A stretch of 64,000 nt of DNA, taken from the NCBI RefSeq assembly GCF_009914755.1, contig NC_060933.1. The stretch is one strand, 5' to 3'. Source of the DNA: the human T2T-CHM13v2.0 reference genome, Homo sapiens. Under the pieces are notes generated by a model. It was not told where the DNA came from. It searched no databases and saw only the letters and a list, made by a program, of their open reading frames with translations. Positions 1-13,869 of the stretch are shown here, one piece after another (the stretch's first letter is position 1; each line of letters opens with the position of its first letter). A program made the translations under genes and the position numbers.

Positions 1-579
1 TCTCAGCAGTGGATGGGAATGGGAACGTTGCCAAGTTCCTGCACACTACCCTTGGAGAGTCCCAGTCCAAGGTAGAGGTGGCATTAGTCAAATCATCACA
101 GCAACATACATACAAGCTGTGAAAAGTATTGGGACAGTATAGACTGGGGGTCTGATTCACCTGGGAGATGTGGGAAGCCTTCCTCTGGGAACTCATGATT
201 GAGCTTGGATCTGATGGATGGAGAGATGATGCAAAATGGGCTCTAAACATCACACCACCATTTCTCTCTTAGGCTCATCCACCAACGCAGATGGTCCTTC
301 CTTCCATCATGGTTCAAGGAAAGATCTGTCCAAGTCTCCCCAACAGCCAAAGGAAAGGTTTATTGCTCTGGGGACAAAAGGTGAACCCAGCTTAAAGAAA
401 TATCCTGACCTTGGGAGTCATAAATAAAAGCCCTGAGCCAGGGCTCAAAAGTATCTGAGGGAGGGTTTCAGCCAATGAGGACTTCATCCTTAAGTGCACA
501 CCTGAACTAAAGAATAGTTTGGGGCTCTGAGCTGACCTGGCCCTGGGGCCCCTCCTTTCCCAGTGCTGCAGCAAATGGA

Positions 580-935
580 TGAAAAATTGTATCATTAAAC
601 TCTTTGATGTTCTCCTGTCTAATTGAACCTGTGAAATTTCCTAAGGTTATCCAGCCTCCAAAAATTCAATTTTCCATGTAACGCATGGTGACGTGTCAAT
701 AAATCATGCTGTAAAATAAATGCGCAGATTCTTTTGTGCAGGAGCGAGTGAGGAATAAACCTTTCGTAATTGATAAATAATGTCATTGGAATCAATAGCT
801 GGCAGAGGAGTTGGAGGAGTAAGCCTGAATCCTGTATGAGTGCTCCGGGGTGATCAATGCCTTTGAAACAGCCAGGAGCTCGGGAGCCAAGTGTATAAAT
901 TACTGCCTTAATATTACAGCAGGGCCCAAAAATTA
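580..935. promoter_or_regulatory. Candidate conserved developmental enhancer (PBX-HOX/MEIS/TCF motif cluster)
   Basis: Repeat-free and AT-rich. TGATNNAT sites at 699-706 (reverse strand), 771-778 and 851-858; TGTCA at 694-698 and 781-785; CTTTGA(T/A) at 602 and 861; TAATTG at 620 and 767. Function is inferred only. Confidence 0.45.
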
Positions 936-1309
936 AAAGATGGGTACATTGCTAAGTACTGTTGAGATGGGAAGATGAGTCTGGGATGTGGGTAGTGTGA
1001 GTTCTTTCATGGGCACCTTTTGGAGGGCTTGTGGGGTCCCTGCAGAATGGAGATGAGAGCAGATTGTGCAATCTGGGACTTCGGATGGAGACAGCATGAA
1101 TCCAGCTCTGGTCATTCCTGCCAACATCCTATGTTGGCAGCAAAGGAAGTGAGCTGCCACAGACACTACTTAGGAAAATGGCCCAGCTGCCCTCAGAGGC
1201 CTCAATACCAGGAGCCAGTGCTGACATACAAAGTGAAGGACAAGCCTGGGAATCATTGGATCAGGTTCCAAGTGGCAGCCACAGACCCTGCTAGACCAAG
1301 AGGAAGGGT

Positions 1310-1455
1310 CACTATGCAGTGGTCAGGAGCACTAGCTTGAGTCAGACTGCTCAGCTCTGCCACCAGCTGTGTGACTCTAAGCAAGTTACTTAACCTCCTT
1401 GTGCCCCATTCTTCTCCTCTGTAAAACAGAAGGCAATAATGCCAACTTCACTGAC
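1310..1455 (+). mobile_element. MIR SINE, 5' part (split by L1; remainder at about 5560-5645)
   Basis: MIR core 'gctgtgtgactctaagcaagttacttaacctc...ctgtaaaa'. Confidence 0.8.
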
Positions 1456-2804
1456 TTTTTTAAAATTATTATTTCTTCTTAAAAAAAAAGGGATACATGT
1501 GGAGAACGTGCAGGTTTGTTACATAGGTATATGGATACCATAGTAGTTTGCTGTGCCTATTGACCCATCCTCTAAGTTCCCTCCCCTCACCCTCCACCCC
1601 ACAACAGGCCCTGGTGTGTATTGTTCCCTTCTCTGTGTCCATGTGTTGTCAATGTTCAACTCCCACTTTTGAGTGAGAACATGCAGTGTTTGGTTTTCTG
1701 TTCCTGTGTTAGTTTGCTGACAATGATGGCTTCCAGCTTCATCCATGTTGCTGCAAAGAACATTATCTCATTCCTTTTTATGGCTGCATAGTATTCCATG
1801 GTATATATGTACCACATTTTCTTTATCCAATCTATCATTGATGGGCATTCGGGTTGGTTCCATATCTTTGCTATTGTAAATAGTGCTGCAATAAATATAC
1901 GTGTACATGTGTCTTTAAAATAGAATGATTTATATTCCTTTGGGTATATACCCAGTAATGGGATCCCTGGGTCAAATGGTATTTCTGGTTCTAGATCCTT
2001 GAGGAATCACCATACTGTCTTCCACAATGGTTGAACTAATTTACATTCCCACCAACAGTGTAAAAGTGTTCCTAGTTCTCTACAGCCTCGCCATCATCTA
2101 TTGTTTCCTGACTTTTTAATAATCACCATTCTGACTGGCATGAGATAGTATCTCACTGTGGTTTTGATTTGCATTTCTCTAATGATCAGTGATGTTTAGC
2201 TTTTTCTTCATGTTTGTTGGCTGTGTAAATGTCTTATTATGAGAAGTGTCTGTTTATATCCTTTGCTCACTTTTTAATGGGGTTGTTTTTTTCTTGTAAA
2301 TATGTTTAAGTTCCTTGTAAATTCCAGATATTAGACAGACAGGTAGATTGCAAAAAATTTTATCCCATTCTGTAGGTTGCCCGTTCATTCTGATGATAGT
2401 TTCTTTTGCTGTGCAGGAGCTCTTTAGTTTAATTAGATCCCATGTGTCAATTTTGGTTTTGTTGCAATTGCTTTTGGCATTTTTGTCATGAAGTCTTTGC
2501 CCATGCCCATGTCATGAATGGTATCACTTAGGTTTTCTTCTAGGGTTTTATGGTTTGGGGTTTTACCTTTAATCTTCAATCCATCTTGAGTTAATTTTTG
2601 TATAAGGTGTAAGGAAGGGATCCAGTTTCAGTTTTCTGCATATGGCTAGCCAGTTTTCCCAGCACCATTTACTGAATAGGAGATTCTTTCCCCATTGCTT
2701 GTTTTTGTCAGGTTTGTCGATGATCAGATGGTTGTAGATGTGTGGTGTTATTTCTGAGGTCTCTGTTCTGCTCCTTTGGTCTATATGTCTGTTTTGGTAC
2801 CAGT

Positions 2805-2806
<2 letters not shown>
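1456..2806 (-). mobile_element. L1PA8-like LINE-1, 3' portion (end of ORF2, 3'UTR, tail) of a 5'-inverted insertion
   Basis: T-rich tail from 1456; L1PA 3'UTR; ORF 1656-1838(-) [24 protein letters not shown] matches the ORF2 C-terminus. Confidence 0.92.
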
Positions 2807-5559
<2,753 letters not shown>

Positions 5560-5649
5560 TTTACTGACTCTTAAGGACAAAATGGAATCATGTTTCTAAG
5601 TATCTCAACTCAGTGTCCATTCCTACCAAACATTAAACAAGTTGAATCT

Positions 5650-5890
5650 GTAGTGCTTTATGGATTGTATATTGTTTTGCCACTATCTGGAGCACTTTCC
5701 TTCTATTTAATTCTCACAGCAACCCCATGAGGTAGTTACTACGATTATCCCCATCTTATGGATGAGAAAATTGAGGCTCAGAGAAGGTAAATGCCTTGCC
5801 CAAATCACATCACTCTAATTTATGGAACCAAGATTTGCATACAGGTAGTACAAGTCCAGAGCTGTTTCTTAAACATGACACTATATTGTA
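5650..5890 (-). mobile_element. MIR
   Basis: 'ctcacagcaaccccatgaggtag...gatgagaaaattgaggctcagaga'. Confidence 0.85.
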
Positions 5891-6164
5891 GCACCATCCT
5901 TTCCCTGGAGCTTCCCCAGCCCTGTGGAAGGCTGTGCTTGGTGGGCACTCCCCATGATGGTCTCCAGGGGCATCCCACCTGGCTCACAGGCAGCCTGAGA
6001 GGGAGGAGAGAGTGGAGAACCAGAGTCAGGCTGTGGTGGTTTCTGATTCCAGCTCCAACACAATGTGCCTCTGAGGCCATCACTCCTGCTGGCTGAGCCA
6101 CGGTAGTTGTCTCATCAGTAACATCAGAGTGATAATTTTTACCCCTCAAGGTCATCTCCAAAGC

Positions 6165-6300
6165 ATGATGTGTGCTCTTGGGCAAGAAGGACCTATGTGA
6201 GTCTGTTTCCTCATCTCTAAAATGTGAATCATGACTCCAGCCTCCCAGGACTGACCTGAGAATTAGATGAGATGGCCAATAAAAATCACCTTCCTGGCTG
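6165..6300 (+). mobile_element. MIR fragment
   Basis: 'gtttcctcatctctaaaatg' core. Confidence 0.65.
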
Positions 6301-6445
6301 GTGTCTGCAGCTGCTTCTCATGAATCCCCCTTTCCTTCCAAAGGAATTCAGAAGGAATCCTAACACAGTGTGCTATACAACACCAGGGGTAGGAGGTTAT
6401 TCAGACCTATTGTTTCATAACAAGGTATGGTAGATAGAAGATATT

Positions 6446-6825
6446 TGTATCAGTTTGTTCTCACACTGTTCTCACACTTTCTCTTAATGAAGAAATACCT
6501 GAGATTGGGTGCTTTATAAAGAAAAGAGGTTTAATTGTCTCACAGTTCCACATAGCTGTGGAGACCTCAGGAAACTTACAATCATGGCGGAAGGCACCAC
6601 TCCACAGGGTGGCAGGAGAGAGAATGAGTGTCCGGTGAAGGGGAAAAAGCCCTTTATAAAACCAACAGGTCTCGTGAGAACTCACTCACTATTGTGAGAA
6701 CAGCATGGGAGTAACCTCCCCCATGATTCCATTACCTCCCACTGGTTCCCTCCCATAACACATGGGGACTAGTAGAACCACAGTTCAAGATGAGATTTGG
6801 GTGGGAACACAACCAAACCATATCA
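6446..6825 (-). mobile_element. THE1 (THE1D-like) MaLR solo LTR
   Basis: TG...CA termini ending 'ccaaaccatatca'; TSD atatt/atatc; internal 11-bp tandem duplication tgttctcacac at 6456-6477. Confidence 0.88.
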
Positions 6826-6879
6826 ATATCCAAAGCAAAAAATTGAGAAAATTTACGCATTCAGCTTCAAGTCGCTTGC

Positions 6880-7532
6880 TGCAAAAGACCTTCCTTGGGC
6901 CCATACTGTGAGCTCCTCTGGCTCCTGTATCTTCCATATTATAGCATCTACTCCCATGTCATATAACTAAGCATCAAACTTTCTTGATAGAGGATCAGCT
7001 TTGTAGGGACAGATATCTAGTGTCTTATGTTGGTTGGGCTCCCCTCAGAAGAAAACCTTAAGACTAGAATTTCAGTGCATGTAGTTGATGTAGGAGGCAA
7101 TCCCAGGAAGTACCCATGGGAGGATGGGGAAATAATACAGAGACAGAAAGACAGGAAGGGTGCACTGATGGGCAGGTTTCCACTGTGGGCCACCAGAGCT
7201 CAAAGCCCTGGGGACTTCGGGAGGTAGAGTCGGGCATGCACCAGAGTGGCCCCACATGATGCATGAGGCGGCTGAAATATATATTCACCATCTCCCACCT
7301 GCCACTGGTTGATTCCCAGCATTGCCAGCCCATGACACATAATAGCCAGAGAAAGCCCTCAGGTAGAACTTCACAGGTGCTGGCAGTAGAAAGCAGTTGC
7401 GGATGGGAGTAGTGACAGCCACAGTGGGTAGAGTATCTGCTACACCTTACTGATCTCTAAAGCCCTGATGCCCACCCAGTTCCTGGCCCCGTGCTTGCTT
7501 TATGAAATGGAATGAACGAATGAATGAATGAG
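6880..7532 (+). mobile_element. L2 3' fragment interrupted by an LTR33-like element
   Basis: L2 tail 'gaatgaacgaatgaatgaatga' at about 7510-7531; L2-like sequence continues on both sides of the LTR. Confidence 0.6.
7028..7444 (-). mobile_element. LTR33-like ERVL solo LTR
   Basis: TG...CA termini, TSD tctta/cctta, 'tgggctcccctcagaag...gaggcaatcccaggaagtacc'. Confidence 0.75.
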
Positions 7533-7914
7533 GAGTAGTCATCTGAGTCAGAGCTCTTGCACATTGGTGAAGGGCAGATTCTGAAACTCCTACTTCAAAA
7601 GCTTAGAAGCAGCAGGCTGTCCCAGCAACTCGAGAGTGTGCTTTCCTCTGCCTGGACTGGACCTCCCCTGGTGTAGCAACCTGTATGTGAGGAGCCAGGC
7701 AGGTTCAGGGACTCACACACAGAGCCAGTGGGAAGCCGCTGAATAAGAACTCTTCTTTCTTCCCTGGTGGGCTATTATGATAGAGTCTGGTAAGCTCCAG
7801 AGGGTGGAGGAGGGGGGCTTCTTTGTCTTTATAGACCACCTTCTGCAATTTAACACAAAGCCTTGAATATCACAGGCTTCCTTGCTCTTTGTAACAAAAT
7901 GGACTTATGTGTTG

Positions 7915-8160
7915 TTCACTCATTTGGCAAACATCTGCTTAGGACTCCATGTGCCAAGCTGCATTAGGTGGTATGGGCATAAGAATGAATAAAAATAAAG
8001 TCCTTGACCTTGAAGTCAAGTGGAGTGTCAGATACATCAAATAGTAATTAGAACACAGCATCATATGTACTATAATAGAATTATGTAAAGGAAGATTATA
8101 GGACCCCAAGGGAACAATGGATCATCAAATTGCTTTGGGGTTGGTAGAGAAATTTTCACA
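7915..8160 (-). mobile_element. L2 3' fragment
   Basis: 'cactcatttggcaaacatctg...atgtgccaag'. Confidence 0.7.
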
Positions 8161-8710
8161 CATTCATTTATTTATTTCTCTTTTTCACCAGTCTCTGAAC
8201 AAAAGGAGTATCCTCCCTGTTTCATGACCCTCTTTGTCCTATGGGGGTTTGTCACAAAAGCACCTATTTTTTAGTCTTCAGACTTATGCAAAACACCATC
8301 TGTGCCCTGGCTCTGGGTCAGTGACTAGAACCGCATCCTCCCACAATCACCTTTGGCAACTGGTCAACTTCCACTCACTCTTCAAATCTCAGTTCAGGTA
8401 TCACCAGTTCCAAGAAGCCCTCCATGAGCCCTGAGGAGAAAGCAACTGCCCCTCTTTTGTGTTTACTCAATCTCAGCACCCATCACCCAGTATTGTTCGC
8501 TTTCCTACCCCTCAGTTTAGTTGGGATTAGGTTGTAAACAGCGTAACAGAGGCTTAGAAAAGGTAGACATTTATGTCTGTCCTACATAAGCCAAGTCCAA
8601 AGGCAAGTTGTCCAAGGTGGACATGTTGGTGCCCCAACCCCCTAGACCCAGGTTCCCGCCAAGCCACCACTCTGCCTTTCCCAGAGTTTAGCCTTCATCT
8701 TCATAGTCTC

Positions 8711-9423
8711 TGAAAAAGACTGCTCCAGCACTCCCCAAATCCCATCTATTGTCTTCATGAATGTGCATGTAAATGACATTTCCCACTGGCCAACATCTGG
8801 CCAATGAAATGTGGACAGAACCTCCCTGCCAGGCCTGGCCCATAAAACCTCCCAAACAGTTCTGCCTTCTCTTTCCCTCTTTGCCTGTTGAACCAAGAGG
8901 ATTCTGAGGATCTAGAAGAGGGCAGAGTCCCAGGATGGAAGGAGCCTGTGTCCCTGAGTCACCACGAGACAAGGAATCCATGTGATGGGTTGTCACATGA
9001 GTGAATAATAAACTTTACTGTGTTTCCCCATTTACAGCAGTGACTTACTGAGATGGACATGAAGTGGCACCTCCCAGTTTCCCCCTCAAAAAAGGTTTAT
9101 TGCCCCAATTGCTGCTAGCACATAACCCCCAACTCTCCCTTCAAAGACTGCCTCTGCTACAGAGCTACCTTCTGGAGTCATGCCCCTCCTAGAGCAGCCC
9201 ACATCCCAGTATTGAAGCAGAGAAGTAGAGGGGTATAGAGGCCCACCCCCATCACTACTGTGTCACAACTGGCCCCTCCGTTTGCCCAATCCTGCTTCCT
9301 CCCTCTTCCTGCCTCAGGTTTAGATCCCAATGGCACTCCCTGATAAACCTCTTGCACACTAACTCCATCTCAGTGTCTGCCTCCTGGGGGACCCAACCTG
9401 CAACATCTACCCTGACTAAAGCA
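8711..9423 (+). mobile_element. MLT1J-like LTR nested in the MLT1K/L element and itself interrupted
   Basis: 'ggatggaaggagcctgtgtccctgagtcacc...aataaactttactgtgtt'; terminal 'taccctgactaaagca' follows the inner LTR. Confidence 0.7.
9049..9405 (+). mobile_element. LTR16-family ERVL solo LTR
   Basis: 3' end 'gcccaatcctgcttcc...ataaacctcttgcacactaactccatctcagtgtctgc...acccaacctgcaaca'. Confidence 0.75.
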
Positions 9424-9714
9424 TGGTTTGACAGAGCTGCTGTGACTCCAGCCATCACAACCACATTCCAGACAGCAGTTTGGAGAAATGGGTGAAGAAG
9501 GCATCCCCTTCTTAAGCAGGCTTTCTAGAAGTCTCACTGGCCATAGCTGAGCCACATTGACCACACCAAACCACAAAGGAGGTTAGAAAATGTGTCTTCA
9601 TTTTGGGCAGCCGTGTAGCCCACTGAAACACCACTCAGGAAGAAGGGGAAAATAGACACGGAGGCAATAGGCAATCTCTGTCTTATCGTCCAGCTGATAC
9701 CTAAAAAGGATTTA

Positions 9715-9960
9715 CATTTGTCAAGCTTCTACTCTGTGTTCAGGCTTTGTGGTAAGTGGTTTACATGAATTACTGCATTTAAATCTTACAATACCCCTAT
9801 GAGGTAGAATCTGTTATTATTGCTCTCATTTTACAATGGGAAGAAATTGAAGCTTAGGAGCCCAGGATCAGGCAGCAAATCCATGCCAGGGCTGGGATTT
9901 GACCTTGGATCTTTCCGAATTTGTTTCCTTAAGCTCTTAACTACTAAGTGATTCTGCCTC
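9715..9960 (-). mobile_element. MIR
   Basis: 'cttacaataccctatgaggtag...cattttacaatggg'-type MIR core. Confidence 0.8.
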
Positions 9961-10290
9961 CTCATGGAACTATGAGCTCCTTGAGAGCAGGGAGCATGTT
10001 TTGGGTCACTTTTATATACACAGAGTCTAGACTAGTGCTTGGCACCTAGCAGTGGCTCAGTAAATATCCGCAGACTTCGTTAAAGGAGAGGGAGGAGTCA
10101 AGACTGACCCTTGCCTGGGGCCATGGAATGACTTGTGGAGCTATTAACTGAGGAAGAGGAGGCAGGGAGAATAGGACTCAGATTTATACCGGCAGAGTTT
10201 AAGTGTTTGTGGAACATACAAGGGAAGATGTCCAGTTGGCAGTAGGATCTACACATCTGAAGTGTTGGTGGGAGGTCTAGGCTGGAGCCA
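9960..10290. mobile_element. Two L2 fragments (+ strand 3' end at about 9960-10075; - strand at about 10090-10290)
   Basis: 'tatgagctccttgagagcaggga...cagtaaatat' and 'gatgtccagttggcagtaggat'. Confidence 0.7.
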
Positions 10291-10394
10291 TGGGCAGGAG
10301 CTGTCTGTGTGTGGGCAGCAGTCCAGCCACGAGCATGGCCAAACACACCCAGAGAGAGGGTGTGAAGAACCCCCAGCTATGTCCAAAAACCCGA

Positions 10395-10990
10395 GCAGGG
10401 TTTCCAATTAACAGAATCACTTTTGTTTTGCATTTCCCCTCCTGGGTTAATTTCCCTATTTGCTCTTCTGCCCATTTTGAAAGATGATTGCTTTTCTGGG
10501 CAAAGAGCCTATTTAGCGTGTGTAATTTTAAGGGCTTGCACCATCCCAACACTTACTCAGATATAGGCAATATATAAATATATGTGTACAATAGATTTAT
10601 ATACATACACCCACCTGCCTTGATATACATGCAACCGGGGCATTAGAATGGCCATAAAATGGATGCACATCTGTGTGAAAGCAACTTCATGGCCGTCTGT
10701 ACTACGTGGCAGTTGTCATAAAAACACCAATAAGAGGCAGCAGAAGTGTCTTTGACTGGGAGAATGATTCTTGTTTCCTTTTCATTATTCTTAATAAAAG
10801 GAGATGGTGCCGAAAAATTGTGTTTCCTGGGTTATTTTCCCCAAGAGATCTTTTATAAGACACATAACAGACCGTGTTGCAGGCAAATGCCTCATTAAGG
10901 GAATATAGTTAGAAAGAAATAGTAACCAAACTGAACAGTTATTTTCTTTATTTTTTTATCCTCTGTAAAATGGAAAAATTGGATGTGATA
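10395..10990. promoter_or_regulatory. Candidate enhancer with posterior HOX/CDX-type sites
   Basis: GCCATAAAA 10651, GTCATAAAA 10715, TTAATAAAA 10791, TTTTATAA 10851 and CCAATTAA 10404 in repeat-free DNA. Confidence 0.35.
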
Positions 10991-11229
10991 TGGATTTAGT
11001 AACAGCCCTCAAATAATATTGTGAGAACATGATGCTTGCACCCTGAGATGGAGGTATCTTCCAGTGTTGCTCTGTAAAGAGGCTGCAGAATTGTAAAACA
11101 CCTTACATGCCCCAGGAAAAGGCTTCTCTCTTCCAAAGAGCCTTCTTATCTTTTTATGGCTTGATTCACCCAGATGGGTTTGGGTTTCCTTGTCAGTCTC
11201 CTTTTCTCTCTCTGCATATACCTCCAAAT

Positions 11230-12720
11230 CACCTCAGTCTCTCTCAGTATGCGAGCTAGTGATCCAAATCTCCTCTCCTAACTTAGAGGTTCAGGCCCAT
11301 GTAGCCAAGAGCTTCCTGGATGTCTCCACCTGAATGCCCCCCTTCCCCCCACTACTGGCCCTTTACACCCAGCGTGTCCCACAAGGAGCTCATCCTCAGC
11401 CACACAGCCCTGCTCCTCCAGGATTCCCAGCCTGGGGAAGGGTATCACTACCCACCCCATTACACAGACCAGAAAAATCCTGAAATCGTTACCGAGCAGA
11501 AGGGGCTTGCTGGCTGAAGTGGTAGGAGCCAATGCTATAACACCGGGGTTTCTTGAGAAAAGAAAAGATTTTTATTGCAAGATGATCAGTGAGAAGACAG
11601 GAGTCCAGCTCAAATCTGTCTCCCCGTGTTGGCTTCAAGGCAATCATTTTATTAGAAAAGGTTTAGATGTTGGAGTCTTAGGTTAGTAGGTGATTGGTGG
11701 AAGAAAAGGGGAGGGCTGGAAAGTCCTTGGGCATGCGCAGTTCTCTCTTCATGCTCTCTCATGGATCGCAAGCGCAAATTTGAGGAGGAGTTAGTAAGAA
11801 ACATGCGGTAGAAACTCGGGCTGTGACGTCAGCAAGCTGGTTCTGTGCAGACTCTAGTTGGCCATATTGGTTCTAACAGACTTCAGCCAGCGTTGTTACT
11901 TTACAAACTGAGGGAGTTTCAACATTTCAGCAAGTTGTTTCTTTTCTTATCTGTCATCCTGTACACTCAAGAATTTCTGTTAGTTACTGGTTTAACTCTT
12001 TGGGGCACGGTTTCAAAATCATACTGGACTCCACAGCCAACAACCGCGATATCCTGGAGTCTCAAGCCCCCCAGTGTATTAAATGCACCTCCCTTACTCC
12101 AACTCCACCGCCACCACTCTGATCCAAACTCCATCATCTCTCTCCAGGGTCACCTCCCCAGCCTCCTCCCTGGGCTCTTGCTCCAGCACAGCCTCCATGG
12201 AGCTCCTTTAATAATCTTTCCAGAATTCTGTTGCAGACTTTTCAGTGGCTCCAAGTTCCAGCCACTTGACTCCCTGGTTTCAGAACACCAAGGCCTCTCC
12301 ACTGCCATTTCATTAACCTGCCCCCTTGTTCCTCCTCCAGTCATTTGAACTACTGCTATTCCTCCAAATGCCCCATGCTTTTCCTTACCCTTATACATTT
12401 GCACATAATGTTTCTCTGCTTTTCCAAGTCCCCATTGCCAACTCTTTTTCTCTGCTGGCTTTGACTATCACTCATTCATCCTTTAGTCTAAGGCTCAGGC
12501 CCACCCACAATAGGAAGCCTTCTAGGCTTTTCTGTGCTCCCAGAACCCCTCTTTCATAATAGTTTCCACTCTGCAAGATTGTTTTCTAATGCTTGTGTGT
12601 TTCTTTCCTTAAATTGTGAGCTCCTTGAGGGCAAAGATTGTGTCTCATTGACTCCCTTGTACCCAAAAAGCAATATAGTAACTGCTACAGATAAGTGGTT
12701 CAGTTGTTCAATGATTGCAA
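11230..12720 (+). mobile_element. L2 3' region interrupted by an ERV1 LTR
   Basis: L2 phrase 'aaatcctgaaat|catactggactcc' rejoins across the LTR; 3' 'tgtgagctccttgagggcaaaga'. Confidence 0.75.
11487..12015 (-). mobile_element. ERV1 MER4-group solo LTR (LTR49/LTR29-like; subfamily uncertain)
   Basis: Minus strand begins TGAAACCGTGCCCCAAAGAGTTAA; 4-bp TSD aaat 11483-11486 / 12016-12019; AATAAA on the minus strand at about 11571. Confidence 0.8.
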
Positions 12721-12949
12721 GTAATTGGATTAATTGGGACCACTGGAACCAGTGATAGCCTGCTAAGACAAGGTCAAGATCAGCCTTCTGCATCTTGCAG
12801 GAATTTCAAAGCAATGTGAATGTGCAGCCTACTGAGAGGAAGAAAGTAGATGTAACAACTATCCAAGTTCTTTTCCAGGCCAAGGATCTGGACCTGTTTG
12901 TAAAAAAGATTCTGACAAACATGGTTTGATTCAGTGCTTCCCAAACGTA

Positions 12950-13420
12950 GCACAGGAGGGTGGTTAAAAGAGTTTCAGATGCTTAGTATAGAATCAAGAA
13001 CCTAATAATCTTTGAAGTCAAACAAACCTGAGTTCAAATCTTGGAGCTCTTTTTAGATTCTCCTCTCCAAACCCCACCTAGAAGATAATTACCATGGCCC
13101 CTCTTTTGCTGGGTGGTTGTGAAGAATAGACATAGGTATTAAAAGGCATGGGAACTGATATGTAGCAGGTGATCAATAAATGATTAGCATTATATTATTA
13201 TTGTTTCTAAGGATTAAAATGCATGTGATTGCATTGAATCAGAGAGCTACATGACGCATATGGGAAGCGATAACTGAGTGTTATTTTGCCCATTTTAGAG
13301 ATGAGAAAACTGAGTCCCAGAAAAGTGAGAGACTTGTCCAAGATCACACAGCTAGAAAATATCTGGGCTGGGATTGAAAGCAGAGACTGTGTGCATTTAA
13401 CCACCCACACGGGCCAAGTT
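12950..13420. mobile_element. Two MIRs (+ at about 12950-13200; - at about 13250-13420)
   Basis: 'cctgagttcaaatcttgg' and 'cattttagagatgagaaaactgag'. Confidence 0.75.
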
Positions 13421-13656
13421 GCCTCTACATGTGATTTAGCTGGAGAGGAAGATTCTGGACAAAAGGCAGTGAAACTCAGGCATTAGGAAATTAGTGCTCT
13501 GTGAAGAGCAATCAGATCAGCCACTTCCTCAGATGCAGCTGAGTTTACCCATCAGGCCAACTTGATCCGTCTTTTCCTTTTGCCACTTCCCCATGCCACA
13601 TCTCCTCATCTGTTACTGAGAACTCTAAAATACTAGTTAAGTCCATCTAGCCTGGC

Positions 13657-13869
13657 AGTTTTCAAACTATGCTCCCCAGAGCCTCAGTGTCGCTGAAGGT
13701 GTCCCAGAGGTCTGGGTAGAGAACAAGGAGGTTGGATGGGAAGCCTCCCACCCCAACCCCATTCCAAATGAAGCCACTCCTTTCTATGGTTTACACATTG
13801 TCATATACACAAGGTTTTCTGTAATCAAAGCATTCTGTGGCTTTAAACAATTTTGTTTTAAACCTCAGA
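13657..13869 (+). mobile_element. MER102-like hAT-Charlie element, followed by MIR (-) to about 13990
   Basis: 'cagttttcaaactatgctccccagagcc...gccactcctttctatggtttacacattg'. Confidence 0.6.

Larger units (their letters stand above)
8515..9680 (-). mobile_element. Old MaLR LTR (MLT1K/L-like), split into about 8515-8710 and 9424-9680
   Basis: 'gctgctgtgactccagccatcacaaccacattccag', 'ggaggttagaaaatgtgtcttcattttgggcagcc'. Confidence 0.65.

Noticed and set aside
6724-6734. DUX4 site in the THE1 LTR
   Set aside because: Reads TGATTCCATTA rather than the TGATTCAATTA-type site, so it is probably degraded.
11845-12348. 167-aa ORF
   Set aside because: GTG start; crosses the LTR/L2 junction; chance open frame.
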